Virus record (IMG/VR): IMGVR_UViG_3300025483_001155
Length of the DNA stretch: 64,000 nucleotides
Direction: 5' to 3' (one strand)
Source of the DNA: an uncultured virus (IMG/VR IMGVR_UViG_3300025483_001155)
Lineage: Duplodnaviria; Heunggongvirae; Uroviricota; Caudoviricetes
The notes below the pieces were generated by a model, which did not search any database, had not been told where the DNA came from, and worked only from the letters and a program-made list of their open reading frames with translations. This document shows, piece by piece, positions 37,509 through 47,908 of the stretch. The position numbers were made by a program, and so were the translations under genes. Position 1 is the first letter of the stretch. Each line of letters begins with the position of its first letter.

Positions 37509-39218
37509 TCACACTGCCAGTTCATAATCAAGTCCTAAATCTTCTGCATCTACAATAGACATTTCACGCTGGCCAGACTTGGTCTTTACGAATACCATTT
37601 GTGGAGATACCATTTGTGGAGTTTCATCTTCTTCGACATCGTATGATACAAACTTATCTATGTAGAACATAACAAAATTGCGAAAAGTAGTATGCCATGC
37701 ACTATTTGTCGGCATGAAAGGATGATCAGAATAGGCCATTGACAGATCCATAATAGCCTTAAATCTTTCATCATAATCATCACGCAATTTCAAATCATCA
37801 AATGATTGCCACTTCCGTTCATAGTACAGATTATCGATAATTTCCTCTACTGTGATATTTGATCCAAATAATTTGTTTGTTTCGTCACCAAATGAAGCGA
37901 ACAAGAACGCACACACATAATTTGCAAAATACTTATCGTGATTACTGCTAACTTTAGTAATAGGCATTGTACCTTCATAATAGTCCATTGCCTTTTTCAG
38001 GTTACCAATCGGTGTTGCGACTGTACGAGCATCCCTTGCACGATTTGCAAGCATACCAGATGCAACAACTGCTACATTGTTAATAAGTGCATTGTAATTT
38101 ACTATACCCAATGATGATTTTGTTACTTGAAAACCGGTTAACTGATACAAACGAATTGGAATTTCAATGAGTGGATTAATTTCATTGATATCTAGTTTTT
38201 GTGGAAACGCCCCCCGGGTGTCCAAGTCTTCATAAATTTTACGCTTGATATCTGCACCAATATCAATCCATTGCGGATCATAACGACCGATAACTTTCAT
38301 GTTAAACTCACGGTCTTCCATGTTTTTCATGTTGCCTTTACCAAGAATATCGTTTTCACCTAAGTTTTGCATGTTCCATTTTTTATAGACTTCGTTGTTC
38401 TCAATCGCAATAGGATCTCCTACTGCCAACTTAGAACGGTGACTTAATGCAGCTTCAATGATAGACCCACCTTTATTAAGCTGTCTAAAGTCGTTTGCTT
38501 GTAAGTTGATTACAGTTTCATCACCTGGATTATCCAGAATACCGTTACGAGTTTCTGCTTCTACAACCATTTTACTCATGAAGTCGTACACGTTTTTAAA
38601 CTCACCAGAGTAAATACGACCAAATGCAAGAACAACTCGCATACTGATACTTTGTAAACCATCTGAAACAGTCAAAAACATATTGTCGTCTTTTTTCCAA
38701 CCAACAACTTTTACGTTTTTAGTTTCCATGTAATTCCAAACACAGCGTGGGTCACGTGTTTCATCTTCAATGCATGGAAGAAAATCAAACATAGTTACAA
38801 TGTTAGCAGAAACTTGAGGACCACGTTGATAATAGCATAGACGCAATGCAGATGCCATCAACTTGCCTACAATCTTACTCTTTCCAGTATTCTTGAATTC
38901 TGGTGTGTTTTCGTTTTCAGTAACTATCAATGATTCTATCTTACGTGATTGATCCTTCACGTATTCGGATGTCATAATGAAGTTGACAAGCTCAATATCG
39001 TTGACCTGAGGAATAGAAATGATATTTGTGCTTTTCTTTCCCATTTCCTTAACGAAACAATCATACAGTTCTTGCAAAATAACATGAATAGTCTCACCAT
39101 ATGCATCATCTTTTGATGGCATTTTTGATGCTACAAAACTGTGAAAATACCCAGGACTAGATATAACCGCATCCATGTAGTTTAGCATTTGAATTTTATT
39201 GTTAGTATTTACCTTCAT
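37509..39218 (-). CDS. Large hypothetical protein, possible ParB/DUF262-like domain
   Basis: YYQRG ... VSDGLQS resemble YQR and DGQQR/DGQHR motifs. Confidence 0.45.
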   Translation of the reverse strand: MKVNTNNKIQMLNYMDAVISSPGYFHSFVASKMPSKDDAYGETIHVILQELYDCFVKEMGKKSTNIISIPQVNDIELVNFIMTSEYVKDQSRKIESLIVTENENTPEFKNTGKSKIVGKLMASALRLCYYQRGPQVSANIVTMFDFLPCIEDETRDPRCVWNYMETKNVKVVGWKKDDNMFLTVSDGLQSISMRVVLAFGRIYSGEFKNVYDFMSKMVVEAETRNGILDNPGDETVINLQANDFRQLNKGGSIIEAALSHRSKLAVGDPIAIENNEVYKKWNMQNLGENDILGKGNMKNMEDREFNMKVIGRYDPQWIDIGADIKRKIYEDLDTRGAFPQKLDINEINPLIEIPIRLYQLTGFQVTKSSLGIVNYNALINNVAVVASGMLANRARDARTVATPIGNLKKAMDYYEGTMPITKVSSNHDKYFANYVCAFLFASFGDETNKLFGSNITVEEIIDNLYYERKWQSFDDLKLRDDYDERFKAIMDLSMAYSDHPFMPTNSAWHTTFRNFVMFYIDKFVSYDVEEDETPQMVSPQMVFVKTKSGQREMSIVDAEDLGLDYELAV

Positions 39219-39918
39219 TCACTCTTTCCTTATATTCAACGATTGCTTCGTTAATATTCCAGTCATACACTTCTAGTTCATTCTTCATATATGAATCAGT
39301 AATACCAATTATATATCCCAATGGATTATTTGTCAACCTCTTTTGCAGGTTTGTACGATAATCTTCTAATGCACGTGTTTTCGCATTTCCATTATTATGG
39401 TCAACCGTAACAGTGTACATCTTACCAAAATCTTTCTGTCCAACATGTTCGTTCATAAACTTACTATCGTGGTTTTCTGCTTTAGATTTTGCATCCTCTA
39501 TTGCTCCTATATCTATTAACTTTTTAATAGTTTTTAGAAGTTTCTCATAGTAATCTTTAGTAAACAGACTTTGGTAATCCTCAGGATTCAGACCGTATAT
39601 AGGTGCAAGTAAACTCATACGACACCATAAGCCTTGTCTGCGTCTATTGTATGTCCACGGATCTGATCCTCTTGGTTCCCAATCATGTGTATAAGAATGT
39701 ACATCACAATAGGGCTTACAAAGTTTGGATCCAGGTCGCATAGGATCAGGTGTTAACATTTCATCTGTGTATCTACCGCAGCCCATTACGCTGCAAACAA
39801 TCTTACCAGTTTTGATTTCTCGCAGTCTATCTATTTTTATATGTGGAATCCGATTAGGACTCCACATATAATGAGTACTGTCTTCATATTCGATATAATT
39901 AGGCAGATATTGTTTCAT
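39202..39918 (-). CDS. Hypothetical protein with Zn-binding and HNH-like motifs
   Basis: CSVMGC..C..YCDVH; TVDHNNGN. Confidence 0.45.
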   Translation of the reverse strand: MKQYLPNYIEYEDSTHYMWSPNRIPHIKIDRLREIKTGKIVCSVMGCGRYTDEMLTPDPMRPGSKLCKPYCDVHSYTHDWEPRGSDPWTYNRRRQGLWCRMSLLAPIYGLNPEDYQSLFTKDYYEKLLKTIKKLIDIGAIEDAKSKAENHDSKFMNEHVGQKDFGKMYTVTVDHNNGNAKTRALEDYRTNLQKRLTNNPLGYIIGITDSYMKNELEVYDWNINEAIVEYKERVNEGKY

Positions 39919-39922
39919 TTCA

Positions 39923-40447
39923 TTATGCTACATTGAAGAATCGAAGTTCAAATTCGTTTACTGTTAGTGTCTTACGTGCTTGCAGGACAACTTCACGTGA
40001 GAAGTTCTTAGCAAGAGAATCAACATCATGCTTGTTGCGCAGTTCTGCGAACACGGAATCTGCTGCACGTTCATCTGTTATCTTCTGATATACTTTCTTG
40101 TAACGATTAAACATGCGCTTCACAGAAGAAGATTCGTGAAAACCTCCTGACATTGAGAAGTTTACGTTAGCGAGAGTGTAAGAAGATGCTGCTAGTTTTG
40201 TCATTTCAGATGCTTTAACTGCTTCAGATTCTTCTTGTACATCGGTATCGACAGAGATTACTTCTTGTGTCAAATCATTGTAATTATCAGTGATGAATGA
40301 AGTTAGCGTGTTGTTCTCAAGGCGCTTTTGAGTTGACAAGTACTTGGTTTTCAAATACTCAAGTTCATTTAGCGACATAGGTTTCTTGTTTGTACGAACA
40401 TACGCAGTCTTTGTTTTCTCATTCTTTAAGATCATTACGTTATACAT
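39923..40447 (-). CDS. Hypothetical early protein
   Basis: 174 aa, GAGG SD, directly under promoter repeat; weak GIY-YIG-like N-terminus. Confidence 0.6.
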   Translation of the reverse strand: MYNVMILKNEKTKTAYVRTNKKPMSLNELEYLKTKYLSTQKRLENNTLTSFITDNYNDLTQEVISVDTDVQEESEAVKASEMTKLAASSYTLANVNFSMSGGFHESSSVKRMFNRYKKVYQKITDERAADSVFAELRNKHDVDSLAKNFSREVVLQARKTLTVNEFELRFFNVA

Positions 40448-40475
40448 GATAGTACCTCTCTCTGATTACTTAATT

Positions 40476-40505
40476 AATATAGAGTGATTCGTTTAGAATG
40501 TCAAG
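40476..40505 (-). promoter_or_regulatory. Early sigma70 promoter with GANTC site
   Basis: TTGACA 40499-504, 17 bp, TATATT 40476-81; TGATTCG 40485-91. Confidence 0.8.
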
Positions 40506-40809
40506 CAATTTCGTACCAATTATCTTCACGTTGTATCATTTGTTCGTAGAATTTTTTGTGTGCTTTGATATAGTCAGGTTTGTTTAAACGCTCAATTATA
40601 AAGTCACGTTTTTTGAATTCATCGCTCATTACATATTCACTAAACAATTTTGAATACAGTTCTTCATTGTATCTATCGTAAGCGAATGCATACTCTCCCC
40701 ACACACACTGCGCTTCGTCGAATTCTTCTAATGTTAAAATTTGTGATGTATGAAGTGATGTAAGAGCAGGTTGAGTTACGATGTAAGCAGGTTTTTGATT
40801 GCGTAGCAT
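40501..40809 (-). CDS. Hypothetical protein
   Basis: Likely start MLRNQK at 40809 with AAGGA SD; promoter at 40840-40868 contains TGATTC. Confidence 0.6.
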   Translation of the reverse strand: MLRNQKPAYIVTQPALTSLHTSQILTLEEFDEAQCVWGEYAFAYDRYNEELYSKLFSEYVMSDEFKKRDFIIERLNKPDYIKAHKKFYEQMIQREDNWYEIA

Positions 40810-40875
40810 TTTAGTATCCTTATTATTGATTACATAATAAAGATAGCAGTGATTCAAAGATTTGTCAAGTAAAAA

Positions 40876-41700
40876 CTAAGAAAACATATTATTTAAATTA
40901 CCGTCGAATACAAAATGACCTGTGTGGTCTAATTTAACTAATGGGTCAAGTAATATTTCACCGCCAATATTTTGCCAACGACGACAAAATGCATAATCTT
41001 CTGATAGGTATCTCTTAGTATCAGGTTCCAAGTAAGTATCAAAAAATAGATAAGTCCATTTAGCAAACTCAGGATCTAAATTCAAATCATTGTTAAAGTA
41101 AAGATCCGGATATTCTTCGATCATTTTCATAATAACTTCACGCTTGATTAACATAAAGCCTGTTGCAGCATCTTTAAGTAATGCTAATCCATCAGTCATT
41201 TGTATTTTTGGCGTATCGTCATCCAAATTATATTTAAAATTAAGTGCATAGTTTGAACCAACTGAGTTTAATAAGTTTGCATCAATTGATGTATTATTTA
41301 CTACATTTTGTTTTATATTATTCCAGTTCAAATCTTTTTTAGGATATGCACCCACAATAATATCTTTATCGTGTTGCAGCATATGTAAGATATCTAGTGC
41401 ATCAAAATTTATATCAGCATCAATAAACATCATATGTGTTGCATCTGGATTAGCCATGAAATATGCTACCATGTGACATCTAGCACGTGATATTAAACTT
41501 TCGTTAGCACTAGTAGTCAGGGAGTATGGTATTTCATGTTTCGTGAACATCATATGTGCACGGGACCACGACCTAAAGAAAGGTTCAGTTAATTGTCCGC
41601 CATAGCAGGGAGTACAGTAATGCACATGTGTTTTTCTTATAAAATCTAAATCGATTTCTTTTCTAAATTGCAGGCAATGCTCTAATGCGTTATTATTCAA
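40876..41700 (-). CDS. Glycosyltransferase (GT-A/GT2-like)
   Basis: TPCYGG, ESLISRAR, FIDADI, GAYPKK, TGFMLI, LSEDYAFC. Confidence 0.8.
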   Translation of the reverse strand: MNNNALEHCLQFRKEIDLDFIRKTHVHYCTPCYGGQLTEPFFRSWSRAHMMFTKHEIPYSLTTSANESLISRARCHMVAYFMANPDATHMMFIDADINFDALDILHMLQHDKDIIVGAYPKKDLNWNNIKQNVVNNTSIDANLLNSVGSNYALNFKYNLDDDTPKIQMTDGLALLKDAATGFMLIKREVIMKMIEEYPDLYFNNDLNLDPEFAKWTYLFFDTYLEPDTKRYLSEDYAFCRRWQNIGGEILLDPLVKLDHTGHFVFDGNLNNMFS

Positions 41701-41760
41701 TTTTTATCCGCTTCATTAATTTATTGTTAGATTATATTCTACACGATTCTAAAGTATTTG

Positions 41761-42462
41761 TCAACTTCTTTGATCTTTAATCCAGTTCTTAGCCTGTGGC
41801 ATAGATGGCGCCTTATTTAAAAATTTATCAATTGCTCTATCAACTTCTAAGAAATTTGCTTTACGTTCTGGATCTTCTAGGCCACCAGAGTTATCAACAA
41901 CATGAAAGTTTGCTGCACCAAATACTTGTTGGAATTTCATAAGATTGTTTTGAACTTGCTTCCACATTTTAGACACCATTTCAGATGGAATGCTTCTAGG
42001 ACGGTTTTTGTTGCGATCTTGTGCCACGTCTTCACTTGTGTTAACGAATAGCATCATTGTATCGTATCCTAATGCTTTTAGTTGTTCACTTGCTTTAGAA
42101 ACTTTGGCAACATCTTTACCAGTTCCGTCAATGATAAGACCCAAACGACCTTCTAGATAACCGCCCTTGCCTGTTGTAATATCGCCTTGACGTTTATTAG
42201 TTAAGTCTTTTGCTTTGTTACGTGTTCCTTGTCCGTCTGGGCTTGCGATAACTAGGGGGTCTGACATGTCCATATCTTTTTTCTTCATTAGATATTCATA
42301 GATGTCATCGCTGTTAACAGTTTTCAAACCTGTACCCGAAAGCATTTTACCAGCGACAAATGATTTGCCACTACCAGGTCCGCCTGCTAGAAATACTGCT
42401 TTAAAAATGTGAGGATCATTAACGCCCTCTTCAACTGGTTTGATGATTTCATTTACATGCAT
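41761..42462 (-). CDS. P-loop kinase (zeta-toxin/AAA_33-like)
   Basis: AGGPGSGKS, VNSDD, IIDGT, RN..R.R. Confidence 0.8.
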   Translation of the reverse strand: MHVNEIIKPVEEGVNDPHIFKAVFLAGGPGSGKSFVAGKMLSGTGLKTVNSDDIYEYLMKKKDMDMSDPLVIASPDGQGTRNKAKDLTNKRQGDITTGKGGYLEGRLGLIIDGTGKDVAKVSKASEQLKALGYDTMMLFVNTSEDVAQDRNKNRPRSIPSEMVSKMWKQVQNNLMKFQQVFGAANFHVVDNSGGLEDPERKANFLEVDRAIDKFLNKAPSMPQAKNWIKDQRS

Positions 42463-42493
42463 TGATATTTTCTCCTAGTAATGTATATTGTAT

Positions 42494-44587
42494 TTATCTA
42501 GGACCCAAAACTGTTTGTTCTTTTATTGATTCCCAAGATGCAATACTACTTGCTATTTTAGGAGAAACATTATTAACGATTCTAGTATGTCGTGGTTTTA
42601 TACTATTATTAAATAATACACGCTTCTCTTCTTCCTTTACTACGTTAAAATCAGCACCTGGTGATTCATATGTCAGTTCCTTTTTTACATTATGTAGATC
42701 ACGTAAAATGTTCTTGTATCCAGAAAGTTCTTCGATTATTATTAATGCTTGCTTTTTTTGTCCAGTTTTAAATATAACAGAATTAGATTCAGTATATGTC
42801 CTAATATCACTAATTGTATTTCGAATTAATGTCTGTTGTGAGGTTACATCTTTCCCTATAGTAGGTCTCCACAGTGTTTTAAATACTTCTGCAAGAACAG
42901 ACATTAGTGGCAATGCATTTCCTTTATTGTCAGTAGTTATATTATTACCAGCAGTATCTATAATATCTGCATCCGATGCTGCGGATGTAATTTGTGGATT
43001 TGATGCATCGCCCCTTGTGTTTGATGTAACATCATTGGTCACTGTGCCGCCTTGTGTAATACCATCCACATCTTGAATACTAGGAAGCGTCTCCAACTCA
43101 GGAATAGGCAATTGAGGTGTTCCCCTAGAAGTAGATATAATATCAGATAATGTTGCTGATAATGAATTGCTACCAGTTAATGGTTTTTTAACAACACGTG
43201 TTGATCCGTCGGATGATGTAATAGTTTCAAATTCAGAACTTAATCCATTATTACTATCATACAAGTCAAATAAGTATGCGTCTATTGGTTGATATATACT
43301 TGCTGCTAAACTAAATGGCGACTGTGGGACTCCCGGCTGTGAGGATGCTGCATCCTTTGCTGTACTAATAATTGAATCAACATCACCAGGAAACGCCCGA
43401 GAGTCAACCGTAGTAGGGATATTAAATCCAGCATTGCCTGTTGGTAACGGAGCATTTAATAATCCAGCAGCAGTTTTTAATTCAGGTGATCCAGTATTCA
43501 TCAAGACTGCCAATTTGCACGGATCTAACATCGCACCTGCCATCGCCATTGCTGCTAGTTTGTCTGCTATCTGGGATGCCATATTTGAAATATTTGCAAT
43601 TTCTCCAAATATTTGATTTGCTACGCTTGACACGGCATTCATCGCACTTGATGCCATACTCCCCAAATCGCCTAGCATGCTTTTAATATTTGGCAATGAT
43701 CCCATTATTGAATTCAATGCATTATTAACTACCCCAGATATATTACTTATTAGTGAATTAATATTATCAGATATTGGACCGACCAATCCTGAAATTATAT
43801 TTGAAATATCACTGGAAATTCCATCAAAGAAATCCATAATGCCAGTCTGATTTAGTATATTCATAAGTGAGGATTTTGCACTATCTAATAGACTAAACGC
43901 ACTATCGAAACTACCAGACATAATACCCATTAATTCGTTAAATAGGCTACAACTATTATCTTGTTCACCAAAAGATTTATTAAGTCCCGATAAGGTATCA
44001 GCATCTTGTAATGTCTGTGGCAAATCTTGAATTTGGCTATCAGTATGTAATTTTAAATTATTAAACATAGTAATAGCAACTGTTCCCAACGTTGCACCAA
44101 GCAATATTTTATCAAAATCTAATCCTGTTGCCGCTAACACACCTACAATAATTGTACTTTGTGCAAGGATACTACCACCATTGTTAGTATTAGATAGCAA
44201 GTTAAAAGAATTATTTGCATTATTTAATGATAAAACTCCTTGACTTGAATTGTATTCTGCATAGTTTGTAATACCATCTGTAGAAATTGTATTATATGGA
44301 TTTGAAAAATTATTACTTGCTAGTTCACTTGATATAATAGATAATGCTTGCTTTCTATTATATTGTTCTTCCGCAGCGTTTAACTCTGCTAACTGTGAGG
44401 GAGTCAATTCAATTTTATTTTTTTCATCATAGTATTCTACTGGTGTATTAACTGTTTCTCCCAGAGTCTCAAATATAATATTGCTTGCGGTAGGATTATT
44501 TGATCCAGTTAGGCTTCCGCCACCTTTACGAATAAATTCTTGATATAATCTTTCAAATTCTGCTTCACTCATTGCCATATCATTCAT
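42494..44587 (-). CDS. Large Ser/Asn-rich hypothetical protein, probable virion/baseplate component
   Basis: Directly downstream of PAAR gene. Confidence 0.55.
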   Translation of the reverse strand: MNDMAMSEAEFERLYQEFIRKGGGSLTGSNNPTASNIIFETLGETVNTPVEYYDEKNKIELTPSQLAELNAAEEQYNRKQALSIISSELASNNFSNPYNTISTDGITNYAEYNSSQGVLSLNNANNSFNLLSNTNNGGSILAQSTIIVGVLAATGLDFDKILLGATLGTVAITMFNNLKLHTDSQIQDLPQTLQDADTLSGLNKSFGEQDNSCSLFNELMGIMSGSFDSAFSLLDSAKSSLMNILNQTGIMDFFDGISSDISNIISGLVGPISDNINSLISNISGVVNNALNSIMGSLPNIKSMLGDLGSMASSAMNAVSSVANQIFGEIANISNMASQIADKLAAMAMAGAMLDPCKLAVLMNTGSPELKTAAGLLNAPLPTGNAGFNIPTTVDSRAFPGDVDSIISTAKDAASSQPGVPQSPFSLAASIYQPIDAYLFDLYDSNNGLSSEFETITSSDGSTRVVKKPLTGSNSLSATLSDIISTSRGTPQLPIPELETLPSIQDVDGITQGGTVTNDVTSNTRGDASNPQITSAASDADIIDTAGNNITTDNKGNALPLMSVLAEVFKTLWRPTIGKDVTSQQTLIRNTISDIRTYTESNSVIFKTGQKKQALIIIEELSGYKNILRDLHNVKKELTYESPGADFNVVKEEEKRVLFNNSIKPRHTRIVNNVSPKIASSIASWESIKEQTVLGPR

Positions 44588-44889
44588 CCATTAATATATG
44601 TTTTGCTTGCACCTGACGTAACTTTAACACCGCACGAATGCGAATCATTAACTCTGCCGGCTGGTCTGCCATTAACATAAACATTAGACGCACCTTGGGC
44701 CAGTGGCGTGGTATGTGGAACACATGATGGTGGTGAACCTTGTGGAATACCATGTGGAAATGTTCTATCACCCACACGATACGCAAGCTTCCCTTCAATA
44801 ATAACATTCTCACTGCCCATGCCACATTTTCCCGGAGCACACGGCGAGTGAGGTGTAAGTAAATCAGTTGTTCTTGCTGCCTGTGGCAT
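44584..44889 (-). CDS. PAAR-repeat spike tip protein (gp5.4-like)
   Basis: MPQAARTTD..H..GSENVIIEG..RVGD..H..GASNVYVNGRPAGRVND. Confidence 0.88.
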   Translation of the reverse strand: MPQAARTTDLLTPHSPCAPGKCGMGSENVIIEGKLAYRVGDRTFPHGIPQGSPPSCVPHTTPLAQGASNVYVNGRPAGRVNDSHSCGVKVTSGASKTYING

Positions 44890-45200
44890 TATGTAATTAA
44901 TCCTGGGGTATCTGGTACTACCAAGCCACTTGTAGCGGCACGGTATGCATCGGTTGTTTCTTTGTTTGTTTTTAACACTGCTACTACTTTATCTGCTTTA
45001 AATGATACTTCGCCTTCTGCATCACCAGTAATGGTGAATGGCTGAAATGCTGCGCCTTGCGGGCCAATTGCAATAGTCAATGGTCTAGCAAGAACAATTG
45101 TTTCAGCATCTTCACTTATCAATTTTCCCAATGCCTCTTGCCCACTCATTAGAGAAATGGTAACAATATCATTTACTTTGTGTTTTACTTGTACTAACAT
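44889..45200 (-). CDS. Small beta-rich protein (Sm-like fold possible)
   Basis: DIVTISLMSGQEALGKL..AY..ATSGLVVP. Confidence 0.6.
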   Translation of the reverse strand: MLVQVKHKVNDIVTISLMSGQEALGKLISEDAETIVLARPLTIAIGPQGAAFQPFTITGDAEGEVSFKADKVVAVLKTNKETTDAYRAATSGLVVPDTPGLIT

Positions 45201-45251
45201 TTTATCCTCATTCTATTATGTTGTATTTATTCTTTTAATTAACGTATACTA

Positions 45252-45695
45252 TTATACATCTCTAAATTTTAACTTATCCAATATAAGTTCTTTAGAAAAA
45301 CGTTTTAAGATATCGAAGTCCGCATGTACATCATCTACTCTCTCAAGTATTCCACTACTCCGGTTTAATAACCATCCATCTACAATACATATAAGGTATA
45401 TATCACCGTACAGTAAATCATGTATTAGTAAAAGTTCCGGATCTTTATCTGGGTGAGCGTGGTGTACTGTATAGAAACAACCTAAACCGTTTCCACTATT
45501 AGTATAAAATTCTTCACTAATATATTCCCACACATCTGGCCAAGTAGTAAGATTATCATAGTTAAATCCTTGACTATGATAATCTAAACTTTTCCACCAA
45601 TCTACCACTTTTTGTAAGTTAGTTTCTGTGAAATTATTTTTAAGTTCTAATCTTCGTTGACGCCACTCATATAGAAGTGTCGATTTATCTTTCAT
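45252..45695 (-). CDS. Hypothetical protein
   Basis: W..WPDVWE motif; operonic. Confidence 0.65.
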   Translation of the reverse strand: MKDKSTLLYEWRQRRLELKNNFTETNLQKVVDWWKSLDYHSQGFNYDNLTTWPDVWEYISEEFYTNSGNGLGCFYTVHHAHPDKDPELLLIHDLLYGDIYLICIVDGWLLNRSSGILERVDDVHADFDILKRFSKELILDKLKFRDV

Positions 45696-47891
45696 TTACA
45701 TTGACCATCTTCTTAACGTATAACTAATTTCTGTATTATAATTTGCATCTTGCGTAAAGTAAATTTGTAAATCGTCGCCCTTTTCTACAGTAGCAGTTTG
45801 TGCTGAATTTACCAAATCGTTTACTACGGTAGTATAATCCCATAGAGGATCTTGGCTTGTAATTATTACATCATCCCCATCTTGCTTCGTTTTTCCTACA
45901 AATCCGCTTGAGTTCAGTGGCGTTTCAAACCAATTATTAATTGCTAACTCTGTTTGATTTGTAACACGTATTATATCTTCACGTTTTACATCAAATTGAA
46001 TATTAGAAAATTCTACTTCCGGTGCCACTGGTGGCGCAGGTACCGCTGGCGGTTCAGGATACAATGGGTTAGGATACATCTCTGCGATATTATCTGTATT
46101 AAAATCTTGCCAAATTTCAGTATGTTCATCTGTTAATTTTACTTGTGGAATACCATGAGGATGACCGTTTATAATTTTTATTTGTCCAGCACGAACAAAT
46201 ACCTTGTTATCTCCGCGCTGTATTAAAGAATAATCAATAAAGAATGTAGTGCATATATCAAAATGATATCGTAAGAATATGTCGTTTGGAATTTCAAATG
46301 TTTTCTTAAACAAACTAGAACGTTTTCCACTGTGGTGAGAGTATGATGATAGATGCTGATCTGCAAATATTTGATTATATGTGTTTTCTGTTAATACTTC
46401 TACATTTTTACGTGATCTTGCATAAAATGGTGCAGTAAATTCTGGAACCTCGATAAAACCAACATCAGTAGTATCAGCATAGTCAACATCCGATGGACTG
46501 CCAACTAATGACTTTGTATAATAATATGCTCTATGTGTATTACTATAATCATATAGAGTAAAATCATTTGAGCCTGGTTGATCTTTTTCTTTAATATAAA
46601 TTGTAGCAAGTCCAACTTCGGATGTTTCCGGTTCTGCGTATACTAACTGATAGTCTAATGTATTTAGAACTGCGATTGCCTCAGTTCTATAAGTTGGTAA
46701 GGTAGTATCATCATATCTATAATAGTTATTAATTTCTTCTATTGTCATCGAAGACAAATCAGAACCAAGCGGAACAGTTGCAACTCTAGGAGATAGTAAA
46801 TCAAACTCTGATAACACAAGTGATAACCCATTCTGTATATCTCGGCTATAATCTATATAGTAATCACCATTTACAAGTGGCGATCCATCACTTCGTAGTG
46901 ATGGGGTTGAAAGTGGAGTTATATCTAAGTCCTGCGTTTCAATATCAGTTGTATGAAATTGAAAATCTTGGACACCACTGCCAAGTTGCTGCCAAGCAGT
47001 ATCTTGTTTATACCAATATGTAACTCTATCTGGGCCAGTAATAACTGCTGTATCACTATTTGCACCAAGACCAGAAATTGGCTGAGGAGGAATTGTTGTA
47101 TAATTTATATTTGAATTCAACGGGTGATAATCAAGGACATGATCTATAACTTCAGGGACCCATTCGGTAGAAACCCACTTGAATAATCCAAAGTTAGACT
47201 TATTCATATAGGTCGAATTATCATTAGGGGCAATATCTTGTGATGGCATGGCATCATTATGTTTCATATACAATGAAGTTACAGTTACATCTCTTACTGA
47301 ATCATATGTTACTGACGTTACAATGCCGTGTGTATAATCTTCAACGCCGATTACCTCTAATACTTCGCCATTTCCATTTAGTGGACCAACTGCAATTGAT
47401 GTAAACTGCAAATTAATATCATTTGATGATGCACCCATAGTTCTGTATTCAGTGTTACCAATCTTTTTTATAATATATGTTTTTCCAGGATCAATCTCAG
47501 ATGATGGTATTCTATTTTGAGCATATTTGTATTCTTTTAGATATAATGTTTCGCCAACTGTGAATTGCACATTGCCTTTCCATTCTACATTTTGTAAATA
47601 AAAATGCATTGCTTCAATTAACGCATCAATGTCTTGTACATTTCTTATTACTAAATCTTCATCAATTTTTAAACCAGGCTCAGGATTGTCATCGCTATCT
47701 AACCAAGTTTGTATAACTGCGTGTGCATTTGCAAAAGCATCAAATTGAATTTCATCAATTGCATCATCGATGCCAACGAACAATTGGTTAGTATCAGTAG
47801 TGAAGCCCATTTCACCGGTTTCTAGTGTATCGACGCCTATTTCCTCACGGAGGCCGCGCCTTAGTAGAATTTTTACGTTTGTTATTGCCAT
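45696..47891 (-). CDS. Virion structural/fibre-associated protein
   Basis: N-terminal KILLRRG..LETGEMGFTTDTNQLFVG (Mtd_N-like); late promoter at 47915. Confidence 0.7.
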   Translation of the reverse strand: MAITNVKILLRRGLREEIGVDTLETGEMGFTTDTNQLFVGIDDAIDEIQFDAFANAHAVIQTWLDSDDNPEPGLKIDEDLVIRNVQDIDALIEAMHFYLQNVEWKGNVQFTVGETLYLKEYKYAQNRIPSSEIDPGKTYIIKKIGNTEYRTMGASSNDINLQFTSIAVGPLNGNGEVLEVIGVEDYTHGIVTSVTYDSVRDVTVTSLYMKHNDAMPSQDIAPNDNSTYMNKSNFGLFKWVSTEWVPEVIDHVLDYHPLNSNINYTTIPPQPISGLGANSDTAVITGPDRVTYWYKQDTAWQQLGSGVQDFQFHTTDIETQDLDITPLSTPSLRSDGSPLVNGDYYIDYSRDIQNGLSLVLSEFDLLSPRVATVPLGSDLSSMTIEEINNYYRYDDTTLPTYRTEAIAVLNTLDYQLVYAEPETSEVGLATIYIKEKDQPGSNDFTLYDYSNTHRAYYYTKSLVGSPSDVDYADTTDVGFIEVPEFTAPFYARSRKNVEVLTENTYNQIFADQHLSSYSHHSGKRSSLFKKTFEIPNDIFLRYHFDICTTFFIDYSLIQRGDNKVFVRAGQIKIINGHPHGIPQVKLTDEHTEIWQDFNTDNIAEMYPNPLYPEPPAVPAPPVAPEVEFSNIQFDVKREDIIRVTNQTELAINNWFETPLNSSGFVGKTKQDGDDVIITSQDPLWDYTTVVNDLVNSAQTATVEKGDDLQIYFTQDANYNTEISYTLRRWSM

Positions 47892-47908
47892 TTCGTGTAA
47901 CTCCTAGA

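Noticed and set aside
26371..40505. Repeats as a CRISPR array
   Set aside because: Irregular spacing with whole genes between copies; they match sigma70 promoter geometry and no cas operon is present
42462..43076. 204-aa + strand ORF and other antisense ORFs over clpX, pepA and helicase
   Set aside because: Antisense to well-supported genes, with no SD or recognisable motifs
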